Assembly (NCBI GenBank): GCA_009914755.4 | Contig: CP068257.2 | Span: 40,256,001-40,320,000, forward strand | Length of the DNA: 64,000 bases | Source of the DNA: the human T2T-CHM13v2.0 reference genome, Homo sapiens | Direction of reading: 5' to 3' | Part shown: piece by piece, positions 62,008-64,000 of the stretch | Numbering within the stretch: the stretch's first letter is position 1 | How the letters are laid out: each line of letters starts with the position of its first letter | Position numbers and translations under genes: made by a program | The notes under the pieces: generated by a model | Told to the model about the DNA's origin: nothing | The model's input: the letters and a program-made list of their open reading frames with translations, nothing else | Databases searched by the model: none

Positions 62008-62784
62008 CAAAGATGTATTTTTATAAGAAATTCTCGCAGGGGATTGAGATGAAAAGGGTTGGAAACAAGATGGTGGCCAACCCCAAGAGCTGCTGTTTAT
62101 CCTCTTTTGGGGGAAGCCTCCACCACGTGGGGCTCCTGCGTCAACCTGACTCCAACCCCGCCCCCAGCAACACTCTCCTCCCTTTTCTTGTTACATACTT
62201 TAAACAAGAAAGCCTTTCAGTAATGCTGCACTGCAAGGAGGTGTTGTTAATGCATCACACGGTTTAATGTGGCCATTCTACACAGAAAGATCTGTTTGTG
62301 AATGTGTTGTCTTTCATCAAGTTTACACTAAAAGACAAAATCAAGACAGTTCCTTTAACATGAAGAGCAGAAGGGAAGTAGGTCTTCTCCAGGCTGGCAG
62401 CTAGTGCTTCCTGACAGGGCCAGGCCACTTGGCCACACCAACCTCCTACGCCCCATGCTCTGTATTCCGACCAACCGACGAAACCTCGGGGCCACCACAG
62501 GTCTTTCACTCTGTTTCCTCCAGGCCAAAGTCGGGCTGCACCCGCAGGCTGGCTCGGCCCAGAATTCCATACACCATCATCCAGACGAACAGGTGGCCTC
62601 GTGGGAGTCGCATTCAGGGGCAGTATCTGCCCTGGATCTCAGAGGACGGGGTCTCCAATGAGGAACCTCCACCACCCGCCCTAGGAAAGACCCTCATTCA
62701 AAACAATTTCACAACCTGTTAGCATTTTAGCATAAATTCCAGGTTAATGGAATACCTGGAATTTCAAATCATGTAAAGCAAAGC

Positions 62785-62806
62785 AAAAAAAAAAAAAAAA
62801 AAAAAA
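62785..62806. repeat. A22 homopolymer not attached to a recognisable Alu
   Basis: catgtaaagcaaagcaaaaaaaaaaaaaaaaaaaaaagacaactg. Confidence 0.9.
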
Positions 62807-63225
62807 GACAACTGAGCCGAGCTTCCTGTTTACAGTTAGCTAGAGTGACAAATGTGGACAATTTTAAATCATGGTGCCCATACCAAACAGGCAGCCCCCT
62901 GAGTTATGGACAGAGCAGGGGACCGCCCCCCACCCCCCAATCCCGCAGCTCTCAGGGCGTATTTCAGCATCAGGTAGAACACACGTGCACACAACACACC
63001 ACACACACCCAGGGCGAGTTATGGGTTTCCCCTAGAGAGGATATGGAATAAGGTTCTGGGGGAAATTCCACACGATCGTCCAGTTCCGTCTGTAGCTGTG
63101 GTTTTACAGATGCAAAGCGTGATAGTGCTGACCAGTTCTCCTTTCCCTATCTCTGTTGTCTTTTTTATAGTGAGGATGTGGTGGGGGCACGAGCTTAAGT
63201 GAAATAATAAAAGTGATAAATATCA

Positions 63226-63354
63226 TACCTGTAATCTCAGCACTTTGGGAGGCCAAGGCAAGAGGATCACTTGAGTCCATGAGTTTAAAATGAGCCTGGG
63301 CAATATAGTGAGATCCCACCTCTAAAAAATATTTAAAAAGTAAAAAAAAAAAAA
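63226..63354 (+). mobile_element. Alu left monomer (FLAM-like), plus orientation, A-rich tail
   Basis: atacctgtaatctcagcactttgggaggccaaggcaagaggatcacttgagtccatgagtttaaaatgagcctgggcaatatagtgagatcccacctctaaaaaatatttaaaaagtaaaaaaaaaaaaaa. Confidence 0.85.
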
Positions 63355-63449
63355 AGTAATAAAAATGCAAAAAGATCACACTAATGGCATGGTTTATTTT
63401 GTGCTGTGGTTGGAGCTAGATTCTGGAGGCCAAATGAGGTTCACTCTGG

Positions 63450-63560
63450 CCTCTGCTGCGTCAGAGCTCCATACCTTGGCCAAGTGACTGCACCTCTCTG
63501 CCTCAGTTTCTCCTTCTGTACAGTGGGATGATGCTTCTGACACAGGAGCATGGTGAGCTC
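63450..63560 (+). mobile_element. MIR element fragment
   Basis: ccttggccaagtgactgcacctctctgcctcagtttctccttctgtacagtgggatgatg parallels MIR core gaccttgggcaagttacttaacctctctgagcctcagtttcctcatctgtaaaatgggg. Confidence 0.65.
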
Positions 63561-64000
63561 TCATGAGAAGGGATACAAGCTCTATACCCAGGGCCTGGGC
63601 ACACCTGATGCCATCACATGCCACAACGTGTGCCATGCGGGGTACTGCACGGGCACAGGCCTGCCCTGCTTCCCACAGCCCTGCACGGGAGGGGCCCCTA
63701 CACAACAGACACAGACCCTGTGGCTCAGAGAAAGAAGGAAGTGCCCTAAACGAGCCCAGATCCAATCAGGGTCTCCCTGGCTTCTGAGATGGGCCTTTCC
63801 CCAGACTAGGTGGGTTATAACTTTTATTTAAAACTTTCAGTTCCAGCTGATGGTTATACCATTGGGAGCCTCCATTTACTTAGAAATGAAACTGAAAACA
63901 GACAACTAAAGCATGTCCAGGACTCCTGGCTCCACACCATGCCAGGCGACATCACTCAAGTCTCCAAAGATCACCAAGTGTCCAGCTCAGCTCCTGCCCT

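Overview
This 64-kb window is not prokaryotic. It is primate (human-type) nuclear genomic DNA from an Alu-rich, GC-rich, gene-dense kind of region. There is no CRISPR array, operon, rRNA/tRNA gene or prokaryotic defence locus, so the premise of a novel prokaryotic system is not supported.

Repeat content read directly from the sequence:
- About 35 Alu SINE copies in both orientations, roughly 16% of the window. Most are ~300-bp dimers with A-rich linkers, poly(A) tails and, in several cases, clear target-site duplications.
- At least three MIR fragments.
- A short L1 3'-end fragment.
- Several (CA)n/(GT)n/(TA)n microsatellites.
- A 48-bp AT-rich minisatellite at 21757-22000.
- A ~300-bp complex GT/GCATGTG repeat at 53252-53548.

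The main regulatory feature is a ~1.3-kb, ~80% GC CpG island at 12.79-14.12 kb. It has GC boxes, an ETS motif and an E-box, no TATA box, and splice-donor consensus sequences on both strands. This is the typical architecture of a TATA-less, possibly bidirectional promoter.

The supplied six-frame ORF track uses bacterial-style rules with alternative start codons and is largely uninformative here. Its longest ORFs lie inside the CpG island or inside Alus and are composition artefacts.

Reading the DNA for exons instead gives two sets of minus-strand candidates:
- Candidate coding exons with canonical AG/GT splice signals at 39948-40077, ~35846-36030, 33277-33571 and 29467-29698, plus a candidate terminal coding exon at 23438-23658 that ends in a stop codon. 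The 33.4-kb and 29.5-kb candidates are phase-compatible with each other. Together these suggest a minus-strand protein-coding gene spanning at least ~23-40 kb.
- Minus-strand donor sites at the low-coordinate edge of the CpG island, followed by two small candidate exons at 11591-11678 and 10875-10915. These suggest a separate minus-strand, possibly noncoding, transcript.

I could not assign gene identities or the chromosomal locus from sequence alone. All exon calls are hypotheses that need BLASTX/BLAT or RNA-seq confirmation.
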